In this document: positions 26,505 through 35,112 of the stretch, in pieces
Numbering within the stretch: position 1 is the stretch's first letter
Layout of the letters: each line of letters starts with the position of its first letter
Source: Parcubacteria group bacterium
Lineage (GTDB): Bacteria; Patescibacteriota; Minisyncoccia; Minisyncoccales; JAQTPW01
NCBI GenBank assembly: GCA_043813215.1
Contig: JBDRLH010000018.1
Coordinates: forward strand, 1-41,878
DNA length: 41,878 nucleotides
Direction: 5' to 3'
The notes under the pieces: model-generated
Told to the model about the DNA's origin: nothing
Seen by the model: only the letters and a program-made list of their open reading frames with translations
The model's database searches: none
Translations under genes and position numbers: made by a program

Positions 26505-27692
26505 ATGAAAGTAAAACTTTTTATATGTCATCATCCCGGTAGTTTATTGTTGTATAAAAATCTTATTCAAATAATAAGGAAATACGATAAAGACACCAAA
26601 ATTATATTATTTAAGGTAAATCACCCTTATTTTAGAGGGTTTAATTTCGGATATTATGGGAAATATTTTGATGAGATTAGAGAATTCCACTTTATAGATT
26701 ACCAAAAAAATTTTTTAAAGGGATTTTGGAAAATATTAATATTTCAAAAAAAATTAAAAATGGCGATTTCTAATTTATTATTAAATTTTGAAAAAATAGA
26801 CTTGTTTTTAGATGATTCAGCCTATCTGCCGATCAATATTTTTCTTTACAATTTAAGTAAACAAAAAAATATTAAGAACATTATTAAATTCAGGATGACG
26901 GATCCGGAACTTTCTTATGTTAAAACAGACAAGCTGAAAACTTTTTTATGTAATTTATATTCTTTCCCCTTCGGGCATTATAAAATTAAAGCGATCAGTA
27001 CGTTGGGCGGAAAATTTCTAAACTATATTTATGTTGATAAAATCCCAGGAATTGTTTTCAAAATAGGAAGTCCGATTCTTAGTGAAGAAAATAATCTTGA
27101 GCATAAAGGAAAAAATATTTTACCCTATCCAGTTTCGGTTGAGGGCTCTGAGGGTTCATCGGCTGCAAAAAAAGATATGATCATTGTATTGGGTAAAAAG
27201 AGTGTTTTTAACGATCTTTCTGAGTACCTTCCTGATTATAAAATATATGTTAAAAAATTGACCGTTCTTTTTGATGCCATAGGCGACAAATACTTAGATT
27301 GTGAGTTATATTATAAACCTCATCCCGTTGACAAGGGGCAAATTATGCCGGGGATTGATACTAAAAAATATAATTTATTTGATGATTCAGTTAATACTCA
27401 GATATTAATCGACAAATACCGGACAAGAATAAAAGCAATTTATGCGTTTTCTTCTAGTTCACTGATGTCGGGATCTTTTTTTGGCATATCTTCATATAGT
27501 TTTTATAGATATCTTTGCAATCAAGCAGGAACGGAGAGATTTAATAGTTATTTTAATCAAAATAATCTAAAATCCAGATTCCTTTACCACATATCAGATT
27601 TAGAAGAAATAGGGAAAATAGATAAGTTAGAACGTCCCAAAATAGATTCAGAAAAATTAGAAAAAATATATAGAAAGGTCTTAAATGTTTAA
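26505..27692 (+). CDS. Orphan 395-aa protein, candidate GT52-like nonulosonic-acid (sialyl-type) transferase
   Basis: The order of conserved blocks resembles Neisseria Lst as recalled: LFICHH... N-terminus, FLDDS (D/E-D/E-G-like), IIVLGKK, YYKPHP (HP motif, nt 27321-27326), IYAFSSSSLMSG (S-S/T motif). This rests on memory of the family only. Confidence 0.35.
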   Translation: MKVKLFICHHPGSLLLYKNLIQIIRKYDKDTKIILFKVNHPYFRGFNFGYYGKYFDEIREFHFIDYQKNFLKGFWKILIFQKKLKMAISNLLLNFEKIDLFLDDSAYLPINIFLYNLSKQKNIKNIIKFRMTDPELSYVKTDKLKTFLCNLYSFPFGHYKIKAISTLGGKFLNYIYVDKIPGIVFKIGSPILSEENNLEHKGKNILPYPVSVEGSEGSSAAKKDMIIVLGKKSVFNDLSEYLPDYKIYVKKLTVLFDAIGDKYLDCELYYKPHPVDKGQIMPGIDTKKYNLFDDSVNTQILIDKYRTRIKAIYAFSSSSLMSGSFFGISSYSFYRYLCNQAGTERFNSYFNQNNLKSRFLYHISDLEEIGKIDKLERPKIDSEKLEKIYRKVLNV

Positions 27693-27716
27693 AAAAATAA
27701 TTAATAAACCAATATT

Positions 27717-28697
27717 ATGAATTTTGACAATAAAACAATTTTAATTACCGGGGGAGCGGGATCTTTCGGCCAAAAATTTACTGAGATTACTTTAAAAGAG
27801 CATAATCCGAGAACGGTGCGCATTTATGATAATAGGGAATTGGCAGAAGTAGAGATGGAAAGGAAATTTAATGATAAACGCCTTAGATTTTTAGTCGGCG
27901 ATGTCAGGGATAAAAATAGACTTAGCAGGGCAATGAACGGAGTTGATATTGTAGTTCATGCCGCCGCTTTGAAGCATGTTCCCATATGCGAATACAATCC
28001 CATGGAAGCAGTCAGAACTAATATTGAGGGCGCAATAAACGTTGTTGATGCTGCCATTGATAATTCAATCGAAAGAGTAATAGCAATTAGTACGGACAAA
28101 GCAGTTTATCCCATTAATTTATACGGAGCAACTAAAATGGTGGCTGAAAAAATATTTACCCATGGGAATTTTTATAGTGGCGAAAGGAAAACTATGTTTT
28201 CCTGCGCCCGTTATGGAAATGTTATTGGAAGCTCGGGAAGCGTTGTGCCATTATTTTTTGAGCAGAGGAAAAACGGAGAAATCACAATCACCGATGAAAG
28301 AATGACCAGATTCTGGATTACTTTGGGGCAAGGCGCTCATTTTGTTATCAAATGCATCGAAATGATGAAGGGGGGTGAAATATTTGTTCCCAGAATTCCC
28401 AGTATGAAGATTTTAGATTTAGCCGAAATAGTAGCCCCTGGAGCCACCAGAAAGATTTTGGGCATACGCCCCGGAGAAAAATTAGATGAAGTTTTGATTA
28501 CCGAAGAAGAGGCGAGGCACACAAAAGAGTTTGAAGATTATTTTATCATTGAACCCGAGGCTCCTTTCCAAAGGAGAATTAGCATTTCAGAGGGCGAATC
28601 ACTTCCCGATGGATTCAAATACACCAGTAGTAATAATGACAAATGGATTACTACAGAAGAAATAGAAGGTATTTTAAAAAATTTAGAAACAAAATAA
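27717..28697 (+). CDS. pseB: UDP-N-acetylglucosamine 4,6-dehydratase (inverting), PseB/FlaA1 type
   Basis: KTILITGGAGSFGQKF, VVHAAALKHVPICEYNP, ISTDKAV.P.NLYGATKMVAEK. 326-aa short-form Polysacc_synt_2 protein, directly followed by pseC. Confidence 0.8.
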   Translation: MNFDNKTILITGGAGSFGQKFTEITLKEHNPRTVRIYDNRELAEVEMERKFNDKRLRFLVGDVRDKNRLSRAMNGVDIVVHAAALKHVPICEYNPMEAVRTNIEGAINVVDAAIDNSIERVIAISTDKAVYPINLYGATKMVAEKIFTHGNFYSGERKTMFSCARYGNVIGSSGSVVPLFFEQRKNGEITITDERMTRFWITLGQGAHFVIKCIEMMKGGEIFVPRIPSMKILDLAEIVAPGATRKILGIRPGEKLDEVLITEEEARHTKEFEDYFIIEPEAPFQRRISISEGESLPDGFKYTSSNNDKWITTEEIEGILKNLETK

Positions 28698-28699
28698 AA

Positions 28700-29848
28700 A
28701 TGAAAAAATTAATTCCTTACGGCCATCAGTGGATAGACAGCCAAGACATAAAAGAGGTAGTAAAAATATTAAAAAGCGATTGGCTAACGCAAGGCAAAAC
28801 AGTCAAAGAGTTTGAAAGGGCGGTGGCCAGATACTGCGAGGCAAAGTATGCGATAGCTGTTTCTTCAGGGACGGCGGCGCTTTGGGCGGCCTATGCCGCG
28901 GCAGGGATTTCTCCCGGAGACGAAATTATTACCACTCCCTTAACTTTTGCCGCCACAGTTTACACAGCCAGGCATCTTGGCGGAAAACCGGTTTTTGCCG
29001 ATATTCAGGAAGATACTTTAAATATTGATCCCAAGGAAATTGAAAAGAAAATTACCAAAAAAACAAAAATATTGTCGCCAGTTGATTTTGCTGGCCTTCC
29101 CTGTGATTATAACCAAATACAGAAAATAGCCAAAAAGCACAAGCTTTTAATAATCGAAGACGCCGCTCAGGCTTTGGGCGCCGAATATAGAGGTAAAAAG
29201 ATAGGCAGTTTTGCCGATATGACTATTTTGAGCTTTCATCCGGTAAAAACAATCACGACCGGAGAAGGGGGCATGGTTTTAACTAATAATAAAAAGCTCT
29301 ACGAATCTCTCAAGATTTTTAGGAATCACGGAATAATAAAAAAACCCGAAAAGGGGGGATGGTACTACGAAATAGAAAATCCCGGATTTAATTTAAGGAT
29401 TACAGATTTCCAGTGCGCCCTGGGAATCAGCCAATTAAAAAAAGCGGATAAATTTATAAAAAGAAGAAGAGAAATCATCTCAAGATACAATCGCGCCTTC
29501 GGGAATATGAAAGAAATTAGAATACCTATTGAAAAAAGTTATTTAAAGTCGGCTTGGCATATTTATATTATCAGATTACAGCTCGATAAATTAAAAGCAG
29601 GCAGAAAAAAGATATTTGAATCCTTAAGAGAAGAAGGTTTGGGGGTTCAAGTTCACTATATGCCTTTGAACTTGCATCCGTTTTGCCAAAAAGGATCAGA
29701 TATGCTCTATGGGGTCGGTGATTTCCCAATTGCTGAAAAATACTATTCAGAGGCGATTACCTTGCCTCTTTTCCCGAAAATGTCAAATAAAGACATAGCA
29801 TGCGTGATTAAAACCGTAAAAAAAGTGATTAATTTCTATAAAAGATGA
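28700..29848 (+). CDS. pseC: UDP-4-amino-4,6-dideoxy-N-acetyl-beta-L-altrosamine transaminase, PseC type (DegT family)
   Basis: The track ORF starts at 28643; ATG 28700 (MKKLIPYGHQWIDSQDI...) lies 2 nt after the pseB stop. IPYGHQ.I...D, SSGTAAL, IIEDAAQALG, SFHPVKTITTGEGG with Schiff-base Lys183. Confidence 0.8.
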   Translation: MKKLIPYGHQWIDSQDIKEVVKILKSDWLTQGKTVKEFERAVARYCEAKYAIAVSSGTAALWAAYAAAGISPGDEIITTPLTFAATVYTARHLGGKPVFADIQEDTLNIDPKEIEKKITKKTKILSPVDFAGLPCDYNQIQKIAKKHKLLIIEDAAQALGAEYRGKKIGSFADMTILSFHPVKTITTGEGGMVLTNNKKLYESLKIFRNHGIIKKPEKGGWYYEIENPGFNLRITDFQCALGISQLKKADKFIKRRREIISRYNRAFGNMKEIRIPIEKSYLKSAWHIYIIRLQLDKLKAGRKKIFESLREEGLGVQVHYMPLNLHPFCQKGSDMLYGVGDFPIAEKYYSEAITLPLFPKMSNKDIACVIKTVKKVINFYKR

Positions 29849-29891
29849 AGATTTAATTATCTGGACAACAGACACGCAAACTGATAAAATT

Positions 29892-31421
29892 ATGGAGTCT
29901 AAGTTAAAAATAAAAAAGAGAATTGTCTTGATCAAGCCGAAAAATATCTATGGATATAGCGCCTATCCTCCCCTTGGGCTTCTGACAATCGGGACCGTGC
30001 TATACGAGAACGGATATGACGTAGAGATAATAAATGCTGCGGCTCAAAGAAACTATAAAGAACTATTGCTAAAGAAATGCAAAGGCGTCTTGGCGGTCGG
30101 GATAACAAGCTATACTTCAGAGATTAAAAGCGCTCTTGAGATAACAGACATAATAAAGAAAAATTTTAAAGTCCCCATTATTTGGGGAGGATGGCACGCA
30201 ACTCTTTTTCCCGTGCAAACTTGCCAGGACGGAAATGTTGATTTTGTGATAACAAACGAGGGAGATTACTCCATGCTTAGGCTTGTCCGAAGCCTTGAAG
30301 GAAAGAATCGGCTTGAAGACGTACCGGGAATTATTTATAAGAAAGATGGGAAAATATTTATAAATAAATCAACAGGTTGCCTAGATATAGAAACACTGCC
30401 CCTTATAAAATATGATTTAGTAAATGTTTCGGATTATTCCAGTACGAAATTGACTGATTACTTCAGCAGGGCGAAAAATGTTTGGTTGCCCTATCAATCG
30501 AGCAGAGGCTGTCCTCACAGATGCACTTTTTGCATAAATACCGTAACAAACAACAACATTTACCGGAAGAAAAGCGCAAGAAAAGTTATAGAAGAAGTTA
30601 GGAGTTTCATAAAAAAATATGGATTAACTCATCTTCGGATAATAGATGATAATTTTTTTGTAGATTGCAGAAGGGTTAAAGAAATATGCGAAGGTTTTAT
30701 AAAAAATAAGTTTAACATAACCTGGGATGCAGAATGTCGAGTGGATTATTTTAAAGAGGGCCATCTTGATGATAAACTTTTATCACTTTGTGCCAAAAGC
30801 GGGCTTATAGAATTAACTCTTGGCTGCGAATCTGGGTCGCAAAAAATACTGGATTTAATGAAAAAAGATGTCAAAGTTGAACAAATCGTAAACTGCGTGA
30901 CGCAATGCCGCAAATACAAAATTATACCAAGATGCTCTTTTATGGTTGGCATTCCCGGCGAGAGTAAAGAGGACATTTTTATGACCGCAAGATTAATAAA
31001 TAAGTTAAGAAAAATAGAGCCAAGAATGGCCTGGGGCGTGGCTACTTTTAGACCGTATCCAAAGAGTGAAATGTGCGAAGACCTGAAGAAAAAGGGTGTT
31101 TTCAGGGAGCCAAAAAATCTAAGGGAATGGACCACCAAAAAATATGTTGAATATTATACAGAGAGGAATTACAAACAACCCTGGCAGACTCATCCAGAAC
31201 TCGCTTATAATATGAGTTTTTTCTACACGCTTGCCGGGGGAGTTTTATTAACAAACCAACAGATAAAATTTAATATATTAAAGAAAATAAATTCGTTTTT
31301 TATAAAATTAGCAGAAAAACGTACGGAGTATTTATTTTTTAAGTTGCCCATAGACAGATATTTTTATAGTTTCTTTCATAGAATGTATTACAAATATGAT
31401 GCTTACAAAAGAAAAAAATAA
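29892..31421 (+). CDS. B12-binding-domain radical SAM enzyme (class B, methyltransferase-like)
   Basis: N-terminal Rossmann-like cobalamin-binding region (VLIKP...PPLGLLTIGTVL...GITSYT). YQSSRGCPHRCTFC (CX3CX2C, nt 30510-30533). Length 509 aa. Confidence 0.7.
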   Translation: MESKLKIKKRIVLIKPKNIYGYSAYPPLGLLTIGTVLYENGYDVEIINAAAQRNYKELLLKKCKGVLAVGITSYTSEIKSALEITDIIKKNFKVPIIWGGWHATLFPVQTCQDGNVDFVITNEGDYSMLRLVRSLEGKNRLEDVPGIIYKKDGKIFINKSTGCLDIETLPLIKYDLVNVSDYSSTKLTDYFSRAKNVWLPYQSSRGCPHRCTFCINTVTNNNIYRKKSARKVIEEVRSFIKKYGLTHLRIIDDNFFVDCRRVKEICEGFIKNKFNITWDAECRVDYFKEGHLDDKLLSLCAKSGLIELTLGCESGSQKILDLMKKDVKVEQIVNCVTQCRKYKIIPRCSFMVGIPGESKEDIFMTARLINKLRKIEPRMAWGVATFRPYPKSEMCEDLKKKGVFREPKNLREWTTKKYVEYYTERNYKQPWQTHPELAYNMSFFYTLAGGVLLTNQQIKFNILKKINSFFIKLAEKRTEYLFFKLPIDRYFYSFFHRMYYKYDAYKRKK

Positions 31422-32166
31422 AAAGTCCAATATAGTTGCAATAATAGCAGTTAGAATGGGATCCAAAAGGTTATATGGAAAACCCTTATATACCATAGAA
31501 AATAAGCCAGTTGTCGGCCATCTAATAGACATATTTAGGAAGATACCGGAGATAAACTCCGTAGTGCTGGCGACATCAGATAAAGAAGAAAACAAAGTTT
31601 TTGTGGAATATGCCAAGAAAAACAAACTCTTTTGCCACGTAGATTTTAACCGTGACGAGGAGGATGTACTCGGACGTCTTATAAGAGCCGCCGAAGCAGT
31701 AAACGCAGAGCATGTAGTGAGAGCAACGAGCGAGGGACCAATAAGATACCACAACATTGGTGAAACAATAAAGCAGCATCTTGAAGGCGGCGCAGATATG
31801 ACTTTCACGGAAAAATTACCTACCGGAACAAACGTTGAAATATTAAGTCTATCGGCGATGAAGAAGGCGTATGAATTCAATGATAAATATCACTGTGCCG
31901 CGGCCTCACTCTGCATGTTTGAGCACCCCGAGATGTTTAAAATAGAGATATTAACTCCGCCAAAGGGCGTACAAAGGCCGGATATAGACCTGGATGTAGA
32001 TACAAAAGAAAATCTTCTTGCCATGAGGGAGATATTCAAAAATGTAAAAAAAGATAAAAATGGATTTGTGGGGGTAGAAGATGCCCTCGATTTCTTAAAG
32101 GGGAAACCACATTTGGTAGAAATGCTTACGGGCGGTCATAAGCCCGAGGGAAGGATCTGGCGATAG
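31396..32166 (+). CDS. SpsF/NeuA-family cytidylyltransferase (candidate CMP-pseudaminic acid synthetase role), copy 2
   Basis: VAIIAVRMGSKRLYGKP, LATSDKEEN, VVRATSEGP. Overlaps the previous gene by 26 nt. Locally GC-richer than its neighbours. Confidence 0.6.
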   Translation: MMLTKEKNKKSNIVAIIAVRMGSKRLYGKPLYTIENKPVVGHLIDIFRKIPEINSVVLATSDKEENKVFVEYAKKNKLFCHVDFNRDEEDVLGRLIRAAEAVNAEHVVRATSEGPIRYHNIGETIKQHLEGGADMTFTEKLPTGTNVEILSLSAMKKAYEFNDKYHCAAASLCMFEHPEMFKIEILTPPKGVQRPDIDLDVDTKENLLAMREIFKNVKKDKNGFVGVEDALDFLKGKPHLVEMLTGGHKPEGRIWR

Positions 32167-32217
32167 CACAAAGAGTTCTGTATTTATTCAACAGCGGACT
32201 ATAAAAATATAAATGAA

Positions 32218-32895
32218 ATGAATTATATTATTGCCACCATAAAATCCTGGAATTTGTCTTATTTTAAAAAAATAAAAAAAAGTAATAAAGAAAACCACTG
32301 GTTTTTGATTAGCAAGAAAGAAAATTTGACATTTGACAGAGTAAAAAAAATTAATCCTCGATATATTTTTTTCCCTCACTGGTCTTGGATCATTCCGGAA
32401 GAAATCTGGAAAAATTATGAATGCGTAGTTTTCCATATGACTGACTTGCCCTATGGAAGAGGCGGATCTCCCTTACAAAATTTAATTATTAGAGGTCATA
32501 AAAAAACAAAAATATCAAGTCTTAAAGTTGGCCAAGGTATGGATACCGGAGGTATTTATTTAAAAAGGGATTTAAGTTTACATGGCAACGCCGAAGAAAT
32601 TTATAAACGGGCTGCAAAAATAATTTTTTTTCAAATGATCCCCTCTATTATAAAAAATAACTTATTTCCTCAAAAACAGGTCGGTAGGGCAATCGTCTTC
32701 CGCCGAAGGAATCCCAAACAAAGCAAAATATTAAATAATATGGATCTCAAAAAAACTTATGACCTAATTCGAATGTTGGATGCAGAAGGCTACCCTAAGG
32801 CATTTTTGGATACCAAAAGACTAAAAATCGAATTCTCTAAAGCTAAAATTAAAAAAAATAAACTATTAGCTAATGTGGAAATTTATGAAAAATAA
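32218..32895 (+). CDS. Formyltransferase-fold protein (Formyl_trans_N-like) with an incomplete catalytic triad
   Basis: VVFHMTDLPYGRGGSPLQNLI aligns with the N-x-H-x-SLLP-x-x-RG-x-x-P motif, and GMDTGGIY with the catalytic Asp 36 residues after the His. The Asn two residues before the His is Val (nt 32428-32430). Confidence 0.55.
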   Translation: MNYIIATIKSWNLSYFKKIKKSNKENHWFLISKKENLTFDRVKKINPRYIFFPHWSWIIPEEIWKNYECVVFHMTDLPYGRGGSPLQNLIIRGHKKTKISSLKVGQGMDTGGIYLKRDLSLHGNAEEIYKRAAKIIFFQMIPSIIKNNLFPQKQVGRAIVFRRRNPKQSKILNNMDLKKTYDLIRMLDAEGYPKAFLDTKRLKIEFSKAKIKKNKLLANVEIYEK

Positions 32896-33577
32896 TATTT
32901 TAGTAATTGCCGCCCATCCTGATGATGAAGTCTTGGGATGCGGGGGAACAATAGCAAAATATGTAAGAGAAGGCAGCAAAGTTTATTGTCTTTTTTTGGG
33001 TAGAGGCAAGGCCTCAAGGAATTTCGGTAAAAAACCTATTTTTATTAAAAAAGAACAAATAATTTTAGAAAAAGAAACCCAAAAAGCCGCTAAGATTTTA
33101 GGGATTTCCGAAATATTTTTTGAAAATTTTCCCGACCAGCAATATGACCGCGTTCCTCTTTTGAAAATTGTTAAAGCAATAGAGAAACTAAAAGAAAAAA
33201 TAAAGCCAGAAATAGTTTTCAGCCATCATTCCGGCGATCTTAACAAAGATCACCGACTCACCTGCGAGGCAGTAATGACTGCTTTTCGACCGCTTCCTAA
33301 AGAGAAAGTCAAAGCTATTTATTTTTTTGAAACCCCATCCTCAACCGAGTGGGGCATTCCCAAAAGAAAAAATTATTTTGCGCCAAATATTTTTATAGAT
33401 ATTTCCAACGTTTTCCAAAAAAAGAAAAAAGCCCTTCAGGCCTATAAAAGTGAAATTAGATCCTACCCCCATCCTCGTTCTCTCAGGGGCATAGAAATTA
33501 TTGCTAGGCGATGGGGAATGGCCTCCGGTAAAAATTTAGCAGAAGCTTTTGAATTATTAAGAGAAATTAAAGATTAA
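32885..33577 (+). CDS. LmbE/PIG-L family N-acetyl-sugar deacetylase
   Basis: ILVIAAHPDDEVLGCGGTIAKY (AHPDDE zinc motif) and HHSGDLNKDH. Start could be 32873 or 32885; both overlap the upstream gene. Confidence 0.75.
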   Translation: MKNNILVIAAHPDDEVLGCGGTIAKYVREGSKVYCLFLGRGKASRNFGKKPIFIKKEQIILEKETQKAAKILGISEIFFENFPDQQYDRVPLLKIVKAIEKLKEKIKPEIVFSHHSGDLNKDHRLTCEAVMTAFRPLPKEKVKAIYFFETPSSTEWGIPKRKNYFAPNIFIDISNVFQKKKKALQAYKSEIRSYPHPRSLRGIEIIARRWGMASGKNLAEAFELLREIKD

Positions 33578-33581
33578 TTTT

Positions 33582-34034
33582 ATGATTTCTTTAAGAAAAA
33601 TAAATTTTTATGACATTGAATTGTTATGGCATTTAAGAAACCAACCGGATGTTTATAAATATTTTCGTCAAAATCGGCGGGTTTCTTGGGAAAAACACAT
33701 CAAATGGATAATGCCGATAATTTTGGGGATGGCAAAAAAAGATTTTTTCATGATTCAACACGAATCACTGCCAATTGGACAGATCCGTTTTGATTATCAG
33801 AAAAACAAGGAAGCCAAAGTAAGCATTGCTATTTTAAAAGAATTTAGGGGAAGGGGAATAAGCAGAGAAAGTTTTAAAAAAGCTGTTAAATTAGTCAAAA
33901 AAGAAAAGAAGTTAAAAACTATTATAGCCGAAGTCCATAAAAACAATATTCCTTCCCAAAGATTCTTTGAAAAATTAAATTTTAAATTAAAAGAGAAAAA
34001 AGGAAATTGGTTGAAATATACGCAACATTTTTAA
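33582..34034 (+). CDS. pseH: GNAT N-acetyltransferase, PseH-like
   Basis: LRKINFYDIELLWHLRNQPDVYKYF...SWEKHIKWI matches the PseH-type N-terminus. RGRGIS is an acetyl-CoA-binding motif. Located immediately upstream of pseI. Confidence 0.55.
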   Translation: MISLRKINFYDIELLWHLRNQPDVYKYFRQNRRVSWEKHIKWIMPIILGMAKKDFFMIQHESLPIGQIRFDYQKNKEAKVSIAILKEFRGRGISRESFKKAVKLVKKEKKLKTIIAEVHKNNIPSQRFFEKLNFKLKEKKGNWLKYTQHF

Positions 34035-34046
34035 AAAATAAAAAAA

Positions 34047-35105
34047 ATGAACAAAATTAGATTTAAAATTGGCAACAGAACGGTAGGGGTCGATTATCCG
34101 GTTTTGGTTATAGCTGAAGTATCGGCCAATCACAACGGAAGCTTAAAAAGGGCAAAGGAAATAGTAAAAACCGCCTGTGAGCTCGGAGCAGGAGCCATTA
34201 AAATTCAGACCTATACCGCCGATACCATGACTTTGCCTTCGGATAAAGAACCGTTTCAAATCAAGGTTAATCCTGCCTGGAAAGGAAGAACATTATACGA
34301 TCTTTATGAATCAGCCTACACGCCATGGGAATGGGACGCCGAGTTAAAGCAAGTAGCGGAGAGTTATGGCATCCCCCTTCTTTCTACTGCTTATGATGAT
34401 GCGTCGGTAGATTTTCTGGAAAAATTGGGAGTTCCCGCTTATAAAATTGCTTCTTTTGAAAATACCGATTTAGAGCTTCTAAAGAAAGTGGCTCAGACCA
34501 AAAAACCGGTGATTATCTCTCGAGGAATGTCTACTTTAGCCGAATTGACTGAAGCCATTTCGACTTTGCGAAAAAATGGCGCTCCAGATATCGCAGTCTT
34601 GCATTGCGTCAGTTCTTATCCGGCCAAACCCGAAGAGATGAACCTTGCCACTATTTCTGATATCGGGGAGAGGTTTAAGGTGGTGCCCGGCCTTTCGGAT
34701 CACACTATCACTACCTCCACCGCCGTGGCGGCGGTAGCCCTGGGAGCCTGCATTATTGAGAAACACTTTACCTTAAGAAGGGCTGACGGTGGATTTGATG
34801 CCGCTTTCTCCTTAGAACCAAAAGAATTTGAAGAACTGATAAAATCTGTCAAAGATATAAAGAAAGCTTTCGGAAAAGTTTCCTATGAAGTGGGGAGCGG
34901 CGAGTCGGAGAACATTGTTTTTAAAAGGTCGCTCTGGGTGATAAAACCGATTAAAAAAGGAGAGAAATTTACAAGAAACAATGTCGGTCGTTTTCGTCCC
35001 GGCAACGGCTTGCCCGTTAAATCCCTGTCGCAGGTTTTAAGTAAAGTTGCCAAGAGGAATATAACAGCTAATACTCCAATGAGCTGGGATTTAGTTGAAG
35101 AATAA
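34047..35105 (+). CDS. pseI: Pseudaminic acid synthase (NeuB family, with C-terminal SAF domain)
   Basis: VIAEVSANHNGSLKRAKEIV, AIKIQTYTADTMTL.SDKE.F.IK, LYDLYESAYTPWEW, YKIASFE, GLSDH, IEKHFTL. The IKIQTYT and LY.LYE..TP.EW blocks match C. jejuni PseI better than NeuB, as recalled from memory. Confidence 0.8.
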   Translation: MNKIRFKIGNRTVGVDYPVLVIAEVSANHNGSLKRAKEIVKTACELGAGAIKIQTYTADTMTLPSDKEPFQIKVNPAWKGRTLYDLYESAYTPWEWDAELKQVAESYGIPLLSTAYDDASVDFLEKLGVPAYKIASFENTDLELLKKVAQTKKPVIISRGMSTLAELTEAISTLRKNGAPDIAVLHCVSSYPAKPEEMNLATISDIGERFKVVPGLSDHTITTSTAVAAVALGACIIEKHFTLRRADGGFDAAFSLEPKEFEELIKSVKDIKKAFGKVSYEVGSGESENIVFKRSLWVIKPIKKGEKFTRNNVGRFRPGNGLPVKSLSQVLSKVAKRNITANTPMSWDLVEE

Positions 35106-35112
35106 AAATTTT

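Noticed and set aside
30746-31880. Minus-strand ORFs of 130 aa (30746-31138) and 182 aa (31332-31880).
   Set aside because: They overlap + strand genes with clear family motifs (B12-radical SAM CX3CX2C; cytidylyltransferase VAIIAVRMGSKRL). The antisense products have no recognisable motifs. Their length is used only as a hint of atypical local composition.
29866-32208. Similar strings in the two gaps flanking the B12-radical SAM/cytidylyltransferase pair (CAACAG...ACTGATAAAA and CAACAGCGGACTATAAAAA) as insertion-site direct repeats.
   Set aside because: The similarity is short, gapped and AT-rich. It is not statistically convincing by eye. It is mentioned only as a pointer in the cassette finding.
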